This document shows positions 12,550 to 25,600 of a stretch of DNA of 64,000 nucleotides, in pieces (the first letter of the stretch is position 1; the number at the start of each line of letters is the position of its first letter). The notes beneath the pieces are model-generated. The model saw only the letters and a list, made by a program, of their open reading frames with translations, ran no database searches and was not told where the DNA came from. Origin of the DNA: Phoronis australis (Eukaryota; Animalia; Phoronida). The translations under genes were made by a program, and so were the position numbers. The DNA lies in contig NMRA01000049.1 of assembly GCA_002633005.1 (NCBI GenBank), positions 449,189 to 513,188 of the forward strand, given 5' to 3'.

Positions 12550-15500
12550 GTAGAGAATATAAAAAATACCCGGTGTTCATTTTTGAAAGTTAATAATAGG
12601 AATGGAAGCTATTTTACAGCAAACCTCAGTCTCAAATTCGCCTCAGATGAACTCTGCTAAGTTACGGAATTTCCTTTGAATTATCAGCTCATCAAGGAAT
12701 TGATTGGATGTGAAGATGGTGAAGCCGAGCTCCTCTACTCCAGGAAATGCAGGTTACAAATGTGTATTCGGCATAATTGCCTCCATTTGTCAGGGGCCTG
12801 CTTCTTGGTGTTGGAGTCTCAACATAAAATAAAGATTATTCAGCTGTAGGAGTATGGTTGCTGTTTTCAAATATGAAATAATCATTACCTGCTATTTTAA
12901 TTAAACAAGCAGAAGAGAAACTTTACCGAAAGGATTTTCATGCTTACGCATTGATGTTACGACCTCCCAAACTTAGGGGGAATTGCGGAAAGTTGAGCCT
13001 AAGTTCACTGTTTGTTGGCTGGTTGCCCGATGAGGACTTCGATGAATAATTCATTCGAATCAACTGTAAGTTAAATCTGGTGACGGTATCAGTTAAAAAG
13101 ACTTTAGTTGCCCAGCTTCTTGTGTTGGGTTTTAGCTGTACTAGCATAATGTCTTACTGCAACTGTTGAGATTGTGGGTTCGAAATCGTATGACGTAGGG
13201 TTCATCTCATGGGTGTAATAAATTGTGACTGATGATGTCACTCTAATCTGCTACTTGGATGCATATTGATGTCAATTTGATGTCACAAAATGTTCATGTT
13301 TATTATTTAATTAATTTTAGAGTGTAGCAATATAATTATTAAACTCTAATTAATGTATTATCATTAATTTTTAAAATGCACTGAGAATTTTTTGGTGATA
13401 CATTACGTCACAGGAAGACGAGAATGTAATTGGCAGGTAGTTTTTGGCTATGGAGCTGTATTGTTTGATAGCGCATCAGTCGACCAATCATTTCAGTGGC
13501 TGCCATTTTGCTTCGGTTACAATATCAAGGTCTTGAGCAATTTATTCGCTTGAAACACTTGCGAGATTTTGTAAAACCAACCTTTTCTCGAAAGAAACTT
13601 TCACTTGGAAATGGTACAGTGATTAGCTTTGGGTATTCTTGTACTGAATTCGCTTCACTTGCTCTTCTGTAGAAACAAAACAGAACATTCCGGTTGAAAA
13701 CGTGAACCAACGATGGCGCTGCATGTGATTAATTCCATCTCAAATGTTGCTAACTTCTATTAATGAAACTGACCTGAAAGGAAATGAGTCAACACCTGAT
13801 ATAACCAGTTAGTGGTGCTGTGCTGATTATAGACAATTAATTGACATAGATATTGGGAGCTCCTGCAGGCTACTGGTAGTTGTGGGTATTTATACTATTG
13901 AAAGAAAACATTCAAGCCAAAATTTATTATTTACACAGTTTTAAGTGATAAATTTTAAGTTGTTTAAATTGAAAATTATTTCAATTTTCAGTGTGAAGAG
14001 TAGTGTGCCTCATTTACATTTTCTGAATAGCCTCACCAGTGTGCCCATAATTAACACCTTTATGATTTTAGTTGAAACATGTGTATCGGTCTGTTACCTT
14101 GAATTCATGGATGAAAACAGCATGTACTATGTGTGTGCCATCTTAATCTTAGTGAACCACATGTGTGCAAAGCCTTCAGCTTTTATTAAGAACGTAGATA
14201 CTACGTAGTTGAAGAAAGCACACAATTTTTGAAAACGTGGATTTGAAGCAAAAATGCATATTATTTTATAGAGAAAATTGCACATATTTTTTAATTTAAA
14301 TTATCTGTCAGCAAATTATTGTGAAGTCCAGAAGAATGCTTTCAGAGACATTGAGTTATGGGGTGCCAATTGTGGTTCTCCTTCTTGATCCAAAATCAAT
14401 TGTTCTTTATCATTTGCAATATTCAGCCTCCTGATTGTGACGTCATTTAGAAACCCATTAAGATATGTTTTATCACATAGTGTAAGTTTTTGCAGAAAGT
14501 CAACATATGGTACTTTATATAGAAGTTCAAAATAAGGTCTGACAGAGCAATGTCCGAAATTAGTACACTGCTGTTATGTGTGCTAATGGTTACACTATAT
14601 TTTGCGCCTGATAGGCAACACTACACAACAAAATGGATTATGGAACCTCTTGGGTAATGAAATGGTTCATTCAGTCTTGTATTGGAACTTTTCAAACTGC
14701 TGTGGGTAAAAAAAATGTTGTTTTTTCGAGTTTCTACTGAAGATACTACAGTTTATTCACTACTGATTTAATTACAATCTTTACATGTCCTACTTTATTG
14801 TTTGCTACCTGACTGCTACCAGCATTTGAATTGCAACCAATTTCCTCTGATAAAGACACTCCCTCAGCACTTTCAACTCTTTGTCCTTGTATTGTTTTCT
14901 TGCCTAGCCAACTCATGTTTAATGAACAGTGTAATTATTTATCCATGGTTAGTGCATTCCACCCAGAGTCATGTGGCAGATGTGATCAGAAAACAGTGCT
15001 CGGCTGGAGGCATATCAGGGTTCATCCACTGTTATACTGCTGAAGACTACAGGTTTGTGAAATACATAACAGGGGGCATTTTGCTACTGTTTTGCTGTCA
15101 ACGACGAGTTTTTAACTGAAGAACTGTGGGATTTATAAACAGTACTGCGCTCATTTGATGTTGAATTGTCACTGAATGAGGTAGCAACTTCAGAAGCAGA
15201 TAAGTGATGCATAATTTTTAAATTTTAAGGGCTGGATAGAGTTCAGTAACACCAGGATCTTATGCTAAAACCTAGCCAAAATCATGTGTTTCCTTTAAAG
15301 TACACGGCAATATCTCACATAATCTCGCTGTCTTGCTTTTTAGCGAGGTCCTTAACTTTACCTTGCCTAACTCTGTTAAACCCTGAAGATTTTCCATTGT
15401 TTCTACGGTGCCCGCATTATACCAACCTTGTTCTGTACAATGACTGATATTAATACATGATTTCCCCAACCTTTGAACCAATTGTTCTAATTCAGACATG

Positions 15501-18500
15501 ATTTAAGCAATCTGCGCTGATAAATGTGAAGCAGGTCTGACCCTAGGGTATTAGAAGTTGTTACAGTAAAGTCTTGCAGATGTTTTCTTATAAAAGGGAA
15601 GCAGTATCAACAACACCATGCTGCAGTAAAAGTCTTGTAAAATCAGTGCAGTCAGACAATGTGTTAAAAAATGTGGGGATGCATGACAATGTTAGATTAG
15701 TGTTTGAGAATTATAAATTTTGGCAGTTACATGTCGAAATTAGTGAGATTTTACAAATAAAATAATTAGATGCTGGAATGCGATGTAGTTACCCACGGAT
15801 ACAAAGATAAAATAGTAGAGGTAAAATGACGAGCGATGGTACCATAATAAATACATTAAAATGTTGAGGGCTAATAATCGCTCTTTTTCGCCTGCCGAAT
15901 TAAGATAGATATCTTGAAGAATTTGGAATTTGTTTTTACTAGGTAAATGTTTTTTTTAAATATTCACATACTGCCTTTGTTGTCAGCAGCAGTATTTAAT
16001 AATCATTACTTTTGCAGTGAATGGTTTTTGATTGGTGTTTGTGAAGATCATTTCTGTCCTTTAACTAACCGTGACTCATTCCTTTGTAGACAAACAAAAT
16101 AGGATTGTAGTCACTATCAACATTGCATTATATAGGTGAGATAACGTTGCATAATAACTTGGCCTGACATAGTTAGCACTTCTGACCTCATCTCCTATTT
16201 ATTGTTTTCAGTGGGTAATTAATTAAACACTGGTGTCGAGAATGGTCTAGAGGGGGCTCTACCACAAATTTCCAAGGTGTTTTCATACAATATGCAAAGT
16301 CTGGGTCTGATTCGCCATTGACAATCTGGCTAAAAGGCTAATGTTTTCATTAGGACTTTTACTAGTAGCAAAAAACCCCAGTTCCTGTGAAGGGTGACCG
16401 AGTTTTTTTCAGCAAGATCACTTAATTCAAAGGACTCTCATGCCTTGGAGTAATTAGCCTTTGTTTATCATCATAGTAATCAATTTATGATAGAGAGTGA
16501 ATTTGTTTTGATATCAAATTTCGTTTAGAGGCTTCTGGGGATCCAGAAAACAAACTGTAGGTGCTGGCAGAAATGATCCCTCCACGGACAGCTCATCTGT
16601 CCGGCTAAAACACACTAGTATTCTCATCACGCCTGTACATCTAGTACTGGTACCAGGAGAGGCTGAACCAAAGTCAATCCAATTCTTCAAAGCAAATTTT
16701 TGAAGCCCCACCCTGCATGGTTTTGAGGGTGTACTATTAGATCACTCTGATAAGCCATGGTGTACAGGACTCATTAGTCTGTGCTCAGGCAGGTTACACA
16801 AAACTGGTTGGGACCTGTCAAGGAAGGTATGAAGCGTCTATTTGAACCACAACAATAGAAAAGAGGAATAATTAATTTTCAATGACTGATTTAGCTTTTA
16901 TAGTCCACAGTGTCTGAAATCGTTGGGAAATAGTATCACTGATTCTCATCTCTGAAGAAGCATATCCTCTAAGTGTGATAAGTTCAAGTGTAATCCATTC
17001 TACCGTAAACTCGCAGTGGTTAACGCACTGAGCACTTAAATTGGGAAATCCTGAGACTGGGTGGTGGGCGATTAGCCGACCCAAGCAGTGGGCACTTAAA
17101 CTGTAAATTAACTCTAAGGAGGGGTTGGGCGATTGCCCTGGCATGGACGTTAACCTGCGAGTTTGCGGTGGTTACAAGCATTCATAGTTGTGGGTTGGGT
17201 AATGGGAGCTGTAATATGCCTTTTGTGTCAGTCTCAATTATATGGGAGAAATAAGTTTTCCCAGGTTCTTCTTAAGTGACTTTTGGCAGAGGAGGGGTTG
17301 GTAGTGTTTGTGACTAACACCACTAGATGATAAATCAGATGGTATGGTACAATTGTGGTTTCTAAAATCGCCCTAAACCTCCCAGGCTAGACTACCTATT
17401 CCGAAATCCTAAGTTTTTGTGATGTAAATTCTGCATAAATATCTGTATAGAAGCAACAGTTAATGCCAAGAAATCTGTGTTTTCTCAGTTGTGATCCTGG
17501 AGATATTTAGACTGTCACTCCTCTGTTTTCGTTTGTAAAACCTATCCAGGCCAAACCTATCCAGGCCTGCGCTCATGGGTGTGAATCACTGATGTCTGAA
17601 CCATATGTATACTGTGTAGCATAACCTTAATCCAGAAGCCACTATGGATGGTTGTGTGTGGGTTAATCGCTAACTTTTATATTCAGAGAATTCAGTATGC
17701 ACTATCAGTCAATATTTAACAAGAAAGTGGCAGTGCAAGGGCTGGCCATGTCTTACCTGAGGGACCTTAATTTCACTAAGTCTCAGTCTTTTGGCATTGG
17801 TGTTTAGTCTGCTCCTGAGTAGGCTGTGGACTTCTGTCTTTTGGGTTGAGTTGTACCAGAGCTTTTCTTACTTAGCCTTAGCTTGATTTCTTTAAACAGA
17901 TTAAGCCATTTGTAGACTAATCTTTACCCTAGTGCCATGGACAGTCCCCCATCCCCCCACCCGGTCTCCGGACTTGTTTTCAGACATCCCATCCCACATC
18001 TTATCATTTTGATGAAACAGACTGGGGGACAGGTGGAAATGGGCATCTTAGGCCGAAAACAAGCTTCGAACATGACATAAGTTACAGTCACATGGTTTTC
18101 ACTTTCAACCTGTGGTCCGTTGCCGGCCAGTATTTCTTGAGATAGCTACATGAACTGTACTAAAATCATGTCTTAGCAAATTGCAGTGTTGTCTACAAAT
18201 AAGAATGTGAATGAAGTGGGATGGACTGATGACTGGTGTCTGAATGAGGGTGTGTTCCACAAACGCAAGACATTCTCAATACCTTTGCCGTGAGAAATCC
18301 TTGCTTATGGGACAATAACTAAATTTTCTCAATCTTCCAGATTCACACTAACATTACTGCACACACTGCCGGTAAATTTCAAGGAAATATTGGTGCTCTT
18401 GACTTCATATTTGAATCGCTATCTTTATATAATCACTTACTAACTCCACTGTTAGGGGACAGATTAACGAACTGGCCTGTTTGAAAAAAGTCATGCATTG

Positions 18501-19106
18501 TCCTCCACTAAGCCACCGTAGGTAGCGGAGAGGGAAAGTGAGCATGCTCCATGTGTTATGAGGGATACAACAAAGATGTTGCCCTGACTATTAACACCAT
18601 ATGTGACTCCTTAATAACCCACTATGTTGATTCATGGCATATCATCCAGCAAATGTGACATTAAATATTTCAAACTATTTTAGCTGTATCATGTACCCTG
18701 GTTGGGATCAGTTCAGATTACAAATCAGACTAAATTTCTGAAATGGTTGATGAAGTAAACCTTCTTCAATTTAGATCACACAATGTTGCAATGAGGTGTT
18801 TTGAAATGTTTTTCATTCGTTGGACTCCTAGAACTGTGTTGGCATCCTGTATTTTGAAAACTAGGATAGCCACAAACGCATTTTTCTACCTCAGCAAAAG
18901 ATGACAGATCATTTCTGGATGTGGGACATTGGTCCAGCACCGTTTGAAGTCGGTGTCAACTGAGAAAGCATTGTGATAAAACATTGGTGTCAACTAATGA
19001 CAGGGTTGACCATCTTCCTTTTGAAATGTTGCAACTTGCTCCCTGGATTCAGCTTGTTGTACAGCTGCCTATGCAGACATCTGAAAGTCAGGAAGTCCTC
19101 CATGAC

Positions 19107-19267
19107 CAAGGTGTATCCAGGATTTTGTAAAGGGGGAGGGGGTGAATCACAGATTTTTTAAAAAGAGGCCTGAGTCACTTGAGTTCGAAAATTCTAGATT
19201 TGATATCTCTAAAATCAAGGATAAAAAGGGAGTCCGTACCCTTTTGACCCCCCTGGATCTGCCTATG
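19107..19267. mobile_element. Degenerate MITE related to the CAGGGGCGGATCCAGG-type family
   Basis: caaggtgtatccaggatttt..ggggg at the left end and cccccctggatctgcctatg at the right end. Confidence 0.55.
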
Positions 19268-20040
19268 TCATCATGTGTGTATTTTCTTTCTACTGCAAAG
19301 TGAGTTTCTTCTTGAAACATCTTATCTTAGACCCTGGCTTGGGCGTCAGTGGACGGACGCTCTGCTCAAATGGAGGCAATTTCCCCCTGAGTGAGCTGGA
19401 ACAACCAGCCATCCATATTCAATTGGCCTTGGTTAACATTTATGTTAGATTTGATATTTCCTTTCACCAGTTTTCTGTGTTCTGCTTTTACTTCAGGCTT
19501 GTGGTTAAGCCAATTGGGTCATACCCTTCTTGTTATGTCTGGAACCAGTAGGGGCAACAGATTTGGGTTGAATTCACCATCCACTTCCCTGCCTGTAAAT
19601 TTGGAAAATAATTTCATGCTATTCTAGAAAGGGTGTAAGTTGCTACCAATACATCACAGAAGTCCTAGATTTTAGGTATATTTAATTTTAAAGTGGGTTT
19701 GAATAATATGTGGTTTGTTCATGGTCTCAAACAATGTTGCTACAGCAGTTCTGGCACATCGTATAAACTTGTCTGCAGTAAAATGCCTTGTGTACAGCAG
19801 AAACCATATTGTTATGTTTTTACAGGGTGCACAGCATTTGAAAAATCCTCTTTACAAGCTTCTGATGTGCACTACACCACAAACGGCATTGAACAAAATT
19901 TCTTGTCCTCATAACGACTGATTTTATTAATGGCTAAAGTATGACTGGTGAAAACTAATATGGCACAAATGAAATTCTTGTTAAGGTTGTCGAGGACCTA
20001 TAAACAAACCTCAAGTCCTATTCAAATGTCAGCCATTTAA

Positions 20041-20334
20041 AGTATATATTTCCTAAAACGAGAAAAATCGAGGATTCTAAAAATACGCTTTTTACTTCTG
20101 TGTCTTTATTATTGTCATGTGACCACGTTTTTCAAGTCAAATTTTCATGTGCAAGAAAGGTACATTCATAGAAAAATAAACCCCCAGCTGCATTTACTAA
20201 AACTTTTTGCTAGTTGTACCTTCTCGCACATGAAAATTTGACTTAAAACTGTGGTCATGTGACAATAATAAAGACACAGTAGTACGAAGGGTATTTTAGA
20301 ATCCTCGATCTTTCTCTTTTTAGAAAATACACTT
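20041..20334. mobile_element. Foldback MITE with ~120-bp inverted arms flanked by TTAA (Kolobok/piggyBac-like target site)
   Basis: 20041-20164 is the imperfect reverse complement of 20216-20334; ttaa at 20037-20040 and 20335-20338. Confidence 0.75.
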
Positions 20335-22123
20335 TTAATGATTGACAAAGCATATTTGTTGATGCTCGACTTTTATTTGAGATTTATCAAAGTCCTAGAT
20401 AACCTTAAACGACTCTTTAGGCACCTAATTTTCCTGTTAATTGCTGTATGCTTCACTCTCGGTCATGAGGGAAAGCTACTCTCATGATGTTCATTTGCTA
20501 TGCACTACTAGTAAATTTCGAAGCCAGAATCCCTATTTAGGTTCATCACATGACCAGCATCACGAAGCCACGGTGTCTGTGGTCAAATCTTGATCCATCT
20601 ATTCGTAAAGTGCAGTGCTTTTCGTTGTTTTCGTTCATCACGTTTCGTAGTGAGTGCGGGTGACGCCTGGGTAGAGTATCACTGACGACCAGAGAGGGAG
20701 CGAAAATTGACATGATTGGTGTTCTGTGCCATAATCTACTCTTAACTGGTGTCAAGAATGGTGTCAGGGGTGTTTACACACACACACTTACACATACATG
20801 TAGTGTGGAATCCCCCACTGGTCTTGGCACATGAAAACATTTGTCAGAAAACTCCCATAGTCATAATTATCGTGGGGTTAAGATTGAATAGTTGTGATAT
20901 TGATTTCTCTCTTATTATATTGCATGTAAATAATTCATTTCTAATTAAGGTGTAAATAGTGTTGAAAATATTCGTTAGGGTTTGTATTAGGCGTGCGCTA
21001 AAACTTGAAGCTTTTATTTTAAAATTAACCTGGCTCACGCTAACTTACCATACCAGTTGTCAGTGGCAATAACAAAATAGCTGTAATACAATCTTAGGAA
21101 CTTTTCATGGGTGGCATAGCACTGAAACAAGCCAGTGGGGGGACTATTAGCCCTCCAACCCACTGCATTGCCCATGCTTCTGGACTGTAAACTAAACACG
21201 AGCATTCAATTCGCCGATTTTAGCTAGGCTCAAGTCCATCAAAAGGGCAAACAAATGACTTTGATTTCGTAGGCATAAGTGGCCTTAATCAAAATTGGTT
21301 TTGAGAAAAGGTGTGGGTTGGTTTCTTCTTTAACTGAATGGCCACATTGCTACAAATACATTGGGTACACTAAATTGATTTCACTGGTTTCGCCAGGTCA
21401 ACAGGCCAAAACATTTGATTGGTTCAAGGTGACGATTTCCGGCTTTTTAACCAGCGAAGTCAATCAAGTGCAGCCATTGTTGTGATTAATTATTAGCATC
21501 ATTCGTATGCAACAGATAGTGTATTTTATGGATTGAACTTCCAGGGACATGACGGTATAGAGTCTACACTGCAAACTTGCAAAATCCATACTACAGATTG
21601 AATTTGTTTCTGACAACTCATATCTGACATGTAGCCAAGTGTGAGAAACTGTAGGTGTGGTACAAATTTCACTGAGCGCATACCTCCTCCTGATGGTTTG
21701 AAAAACATTAAGTATTTAACCTGGCCTCGCATGTAGTCTGAAGTATATGCCTCTTGTGCCACTGGATCAATGTCTGTTTCTAAATGAGATCGGTGAGACC
21801 TTCTTTGATTCGGGTATAAAAATAGCGCGTTTATTTCTAACCGCAGAAGCTATGCTTGTAATGTTGTGGAGGTCTTGTAGATCATACTCTAGTTAGTGGC
21901 TAAGACATTGTAAATGCCTTGAGAGAGGAGAGACGTACTCGTAGAGAATCTTATTAGAGACGAAGCGAGTTGAGGTGAGGGTTGATAGTAAGACATGATT
22001 TCTGTAATATGTATGTATAAATGTTGTTAGACAATGGTAAAGTCATCCCCTTATTAAATAATGATGCCCTGTATGTCAGTTTTGAAATCTGAAGTATGAA
22101 ATTACTGTGAATTATATGTATAA

Positions 22124-22124
<1 letters not shown>

Positions 22125-22166
<42 letters not shown>

Positions 22167-22180
22167 CGTGTGTGTGTGTA
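22125..22180. repeat. (TG)17(CG)5(TG)5 microsatellite
   Basis: Directly visible uninterrupted purine-pyrimidine alternation. Confidence 0.95.
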
Positions 22181-22589
22181 GGTGAGTTTTAGACCCCGGA
22201 GAATATCTGGTGGCTAAAACTTCAAGTTATTAGTGCACAAATTTCTTGTGGAGATTGACTCTAGAGTTCCTCACTCAGCATAAACCTTAACGTGGCGCAA
22301 ATGGAACCTGTTATGTACCCTTATCTTCCTTTGAACTGTTAATTCACAGGATCATGGTAGAAGACACTTCATTCAATGCTGAGCTTCTTACTATCTTTTC
22401 TACAGCAATCGTCATCTTTTTGGTTAATTTCGCCAAGTTTCGCTCCTCAGAGCGCTTTCATTTTTCTATTATACCTCATGTATAGCATAGAAAATTCGGG
22501 CTTTTCAACATCAGGTTTGGGATTTAAATTTTTAAGTATGGCTTGGAGCTTTTCAAATTTAGCTCAAGATTTCCAAACATGACTCGGAA

Positions 22590-22624
22590 CTTTTCAAACA
22601 CGGCGCAGCACCGTGTTTGAAAAG
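22590..22624. repeat. Perfect 14-bp stem hairpin ending a degenerate ~21-bp tandem array
   Basis: cttttcaaacacgg-cgcagca-ccgtgtttgaaaag; upstream cttttcaa-like units from ~22500. Confidence 0.7.
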
Positions 22625-25600
22625 ATTGAGGAAGAACATTGAACTGAGAGCCAAGTACTTGATTTAAGTGATAGTAGATATTACTTTTAATTAATTGACG
22701 TTAGAATTTTATTCGAGGAATATTGGCTGTAGATTAACACTATAGTGATTCTTTGGGAGATTTTGCACGGAAATTATCAACAAAGTCATTTGTTTTCAGT
22801 TTCAAAGGCTAGGAGATCCTAATTATTGCATTTGCTTAAAAATTATGGAGTGTTGTTTTGTAACAGCTGTAGATAATGTTTGTTGAATGGTGAAGTTGAA
22901 TTTTCTGAGCATGAGGGGTTTTTCATTTTTGTTGCGGAGTTTAGGATGGTATAATTTCACTTATCTACCATGTTGTGAGATAAACTAGATGAACAATTAT
23001 TTTAGTCATAACTTCACTCATCTTTCTGTATGGTTCTCATTCAGGGAGGGGTGGGAATGTCATTGCATTATGGGACAGTTGGGGGCTTGATGGAAAGCAT
23101 TGTTTGTGGTGATTGAGCCTAAAATTGAGGTCTGTGGATCAACCACTAGGTGGGGCTCCGACTGATACCCATTTGCAGCCAGACGACAGTAAGAAAACAC
23201 AAACAGCTGCCTGCCATCAAATCTGCGACATTTTGTGAGTCTGCATACAGAATGAAGCAGTGCGCTTTGGGGATGTTAATTTTCAAAGTTTTAATCTATA
23301 AAATTGTTAAATATGTAATAAGCTTGCACTGCAGCTGCAAATCAATACAAGTTATGTTATATGTCTGCAAGTGCGCAATTTCATAACAAGTGTGACTGTT
23401 GGGACCAGTTTTACGTGGCGCAAAAGTGGTTGGCAGAATTTAATCACAAACACGGTTTTCAGTCATTAAATGAGCACATTGTGAAATATGAACACAGTTA
23501 ATTTTGTTTTAAACTTATTTTTGTTTAGTTTTTGTGGTTGCAAAATTGTTTATTATTCTCTAATAAACACTATTTTTATGCACTTTCTTTCCATGGTTCT
23601 TGACTGCCCAGTAATGTTGAGGAGAAAAACATCTTTTGGTTAGTGTTGAATGAATGCAGTTGAAATTGACCATGGATGTTTTCAGTAACATTTATTAACA
23701 GTTAACATAGCCTTTGCATAGAACATAAGAAAGAAGCAATGAACACAATGACGGTGTACGTGAATATCAAGCGGAGATAACATACCCTCTTACGTATGAC
23801 ATCGTTTTTGTGGCTGTAGGACTTCGTTGGTCAGAGAGTGACTTCACTGCTATGTTCATCTACATCGTGACCAGTTGTCGGCAACCACCCTTTTTATTGG
23901 ATACTCCTGCTGTACTAGATTAGTAACTGGTAATAAAGTATTCCTGTGGTTACTATTGGGGTATCAAAAGGGTATAAAATATCCGATGTTCCTGGGTTCT
24001 ACCATCAAAAATTCTCTAATACATAATCCTGTTTTTCCAAGACCAGCATACAGAGCACAAAGCAGCTTAAAACGATGTTGATAGATCTCAGCTGTCACTA
24101 AAGCATTTGTTTAATTAACAGGCTTTCAGAGTTGAGAATAATGTTGATTCACTCATCCTGATGATGGAAGATCTGTCTTAAAATTTCCTTCTAAGATTGG
24201 TTACATGTTGCTAGTGTATTCACCCTCATTAGTACGGTAGTATTTTCCTTGCAGCAGACTTCAGATGAACCTTGGAAAGTAGATTGCAGCATGAAAATGA
24301 TGTTTTTATTAGTTACATCATCTTCAGGTACAATTCTACTCATCCAGAGCAAAATATCATTCCAAAATGCTCACATCACAGTGCATGGTGCATTCTTGCT
24401 TCTTCTTTTCCCCTTCTTCTAATCATTAGATAAATGTTAAATGGTTTAACTGTTGCAATTGTCGCAGTTCTTTGCATCCTTTTTCTATTGTGCTTCACTT
24501 CTGGTGTGCATGTTCAGAATCATATTAATTGTATCATGCATGAACAGGAAGTGAAAGTTTTGATGTGATTTCATTTACATGATTTTGCTGCATTTATTGA
24601 CCAGAGTAGGCTCTGCTCCAGTGAGTCTATTCATCTTGCATCTGGCAATGGCAACATTCACCAGGTGGTGAGACTATCCCGTCCCTGAGTTGGCCCACCT
24701 AGAACTACCAAGCAATATGTGAAAATCGTGGACATTTCACGAGCATGCAGTTTTCTAGTAAGGGAAACGGAAGAAGTCATCAAAAGCAGAAATGGTCACT
24801 CGGCATTGCTTTTAATGTTGGATTTCACGGGATAATGTCATGCTTTTTGTCTAAGCATGTTAATACACCCTGGTGTTGGCTTACCAAGTAAATGCTGATG
24901 GCATGTTGGTAATGTCACCCTTGTCTAGGTTCATAGGTCAAGTGTTGTTCTGCCTTGTTGGCAGTGGTGGTGGTGATGACTGTGGTGCGACAGGTGTGCA
25001 TATCCATCATTAAGAGGTGCTTTGTCAATTGCTCTTTGCACCAGTGTGCTGATTGCCTGTTGTCTGTTGTGACATTTTGGAATTTTCTAGCAATCCAGCA
25101 GCAGTTGGGCTCACATTTCTCAGCTTCTTGGAATTTTCTTTTTTGTGAAGAAGTCATACTAGGGCAGTTTTTAAGTGGAACACACTGGAAAACAATTACA
25201 CTTGTAATTACACATGTAATTACACCCTCACGTAGTGTTCGGAGGTGTGTCCCTTGGGCTATGAAAACGTCTTCACTGAGCAAGCAGCAAAAGCCATTCG
25301 GATAATCCAACCAAAAATTCCTTCTCACGGAGTCCATAAATATGTTTTACTGTGCACTTGCACTCTTTCGTGTAGTGTCTCAAACTTAGTTATTCCAAAT
25401 AGTGACAATTGAGATGGCCTTTATCATAAATTAGTTACCTTAATTCAGGTTTTTTTGAACAATGCATCCTTCGAGTCAATTGAAACAGTTGGGAAAAATT
25501 GTTAACAATTTTTAAATTTTGGAAGTCCCCACATATTTCAAATCTATCGAATTACAGGTGAACTATGTACTTCTGATCAATGGTTGCAACTTGAAAGAAC

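Noticed and set aside
14700-15500. Minus-strand fragments faintly like Gypsy pol linker (NALTMD, DKELKVLRECL, IRGNW)
   Set aside because: Fragments lie in different frames with many stops and no catalytic motif; would need a BLASTx or HMM hit.
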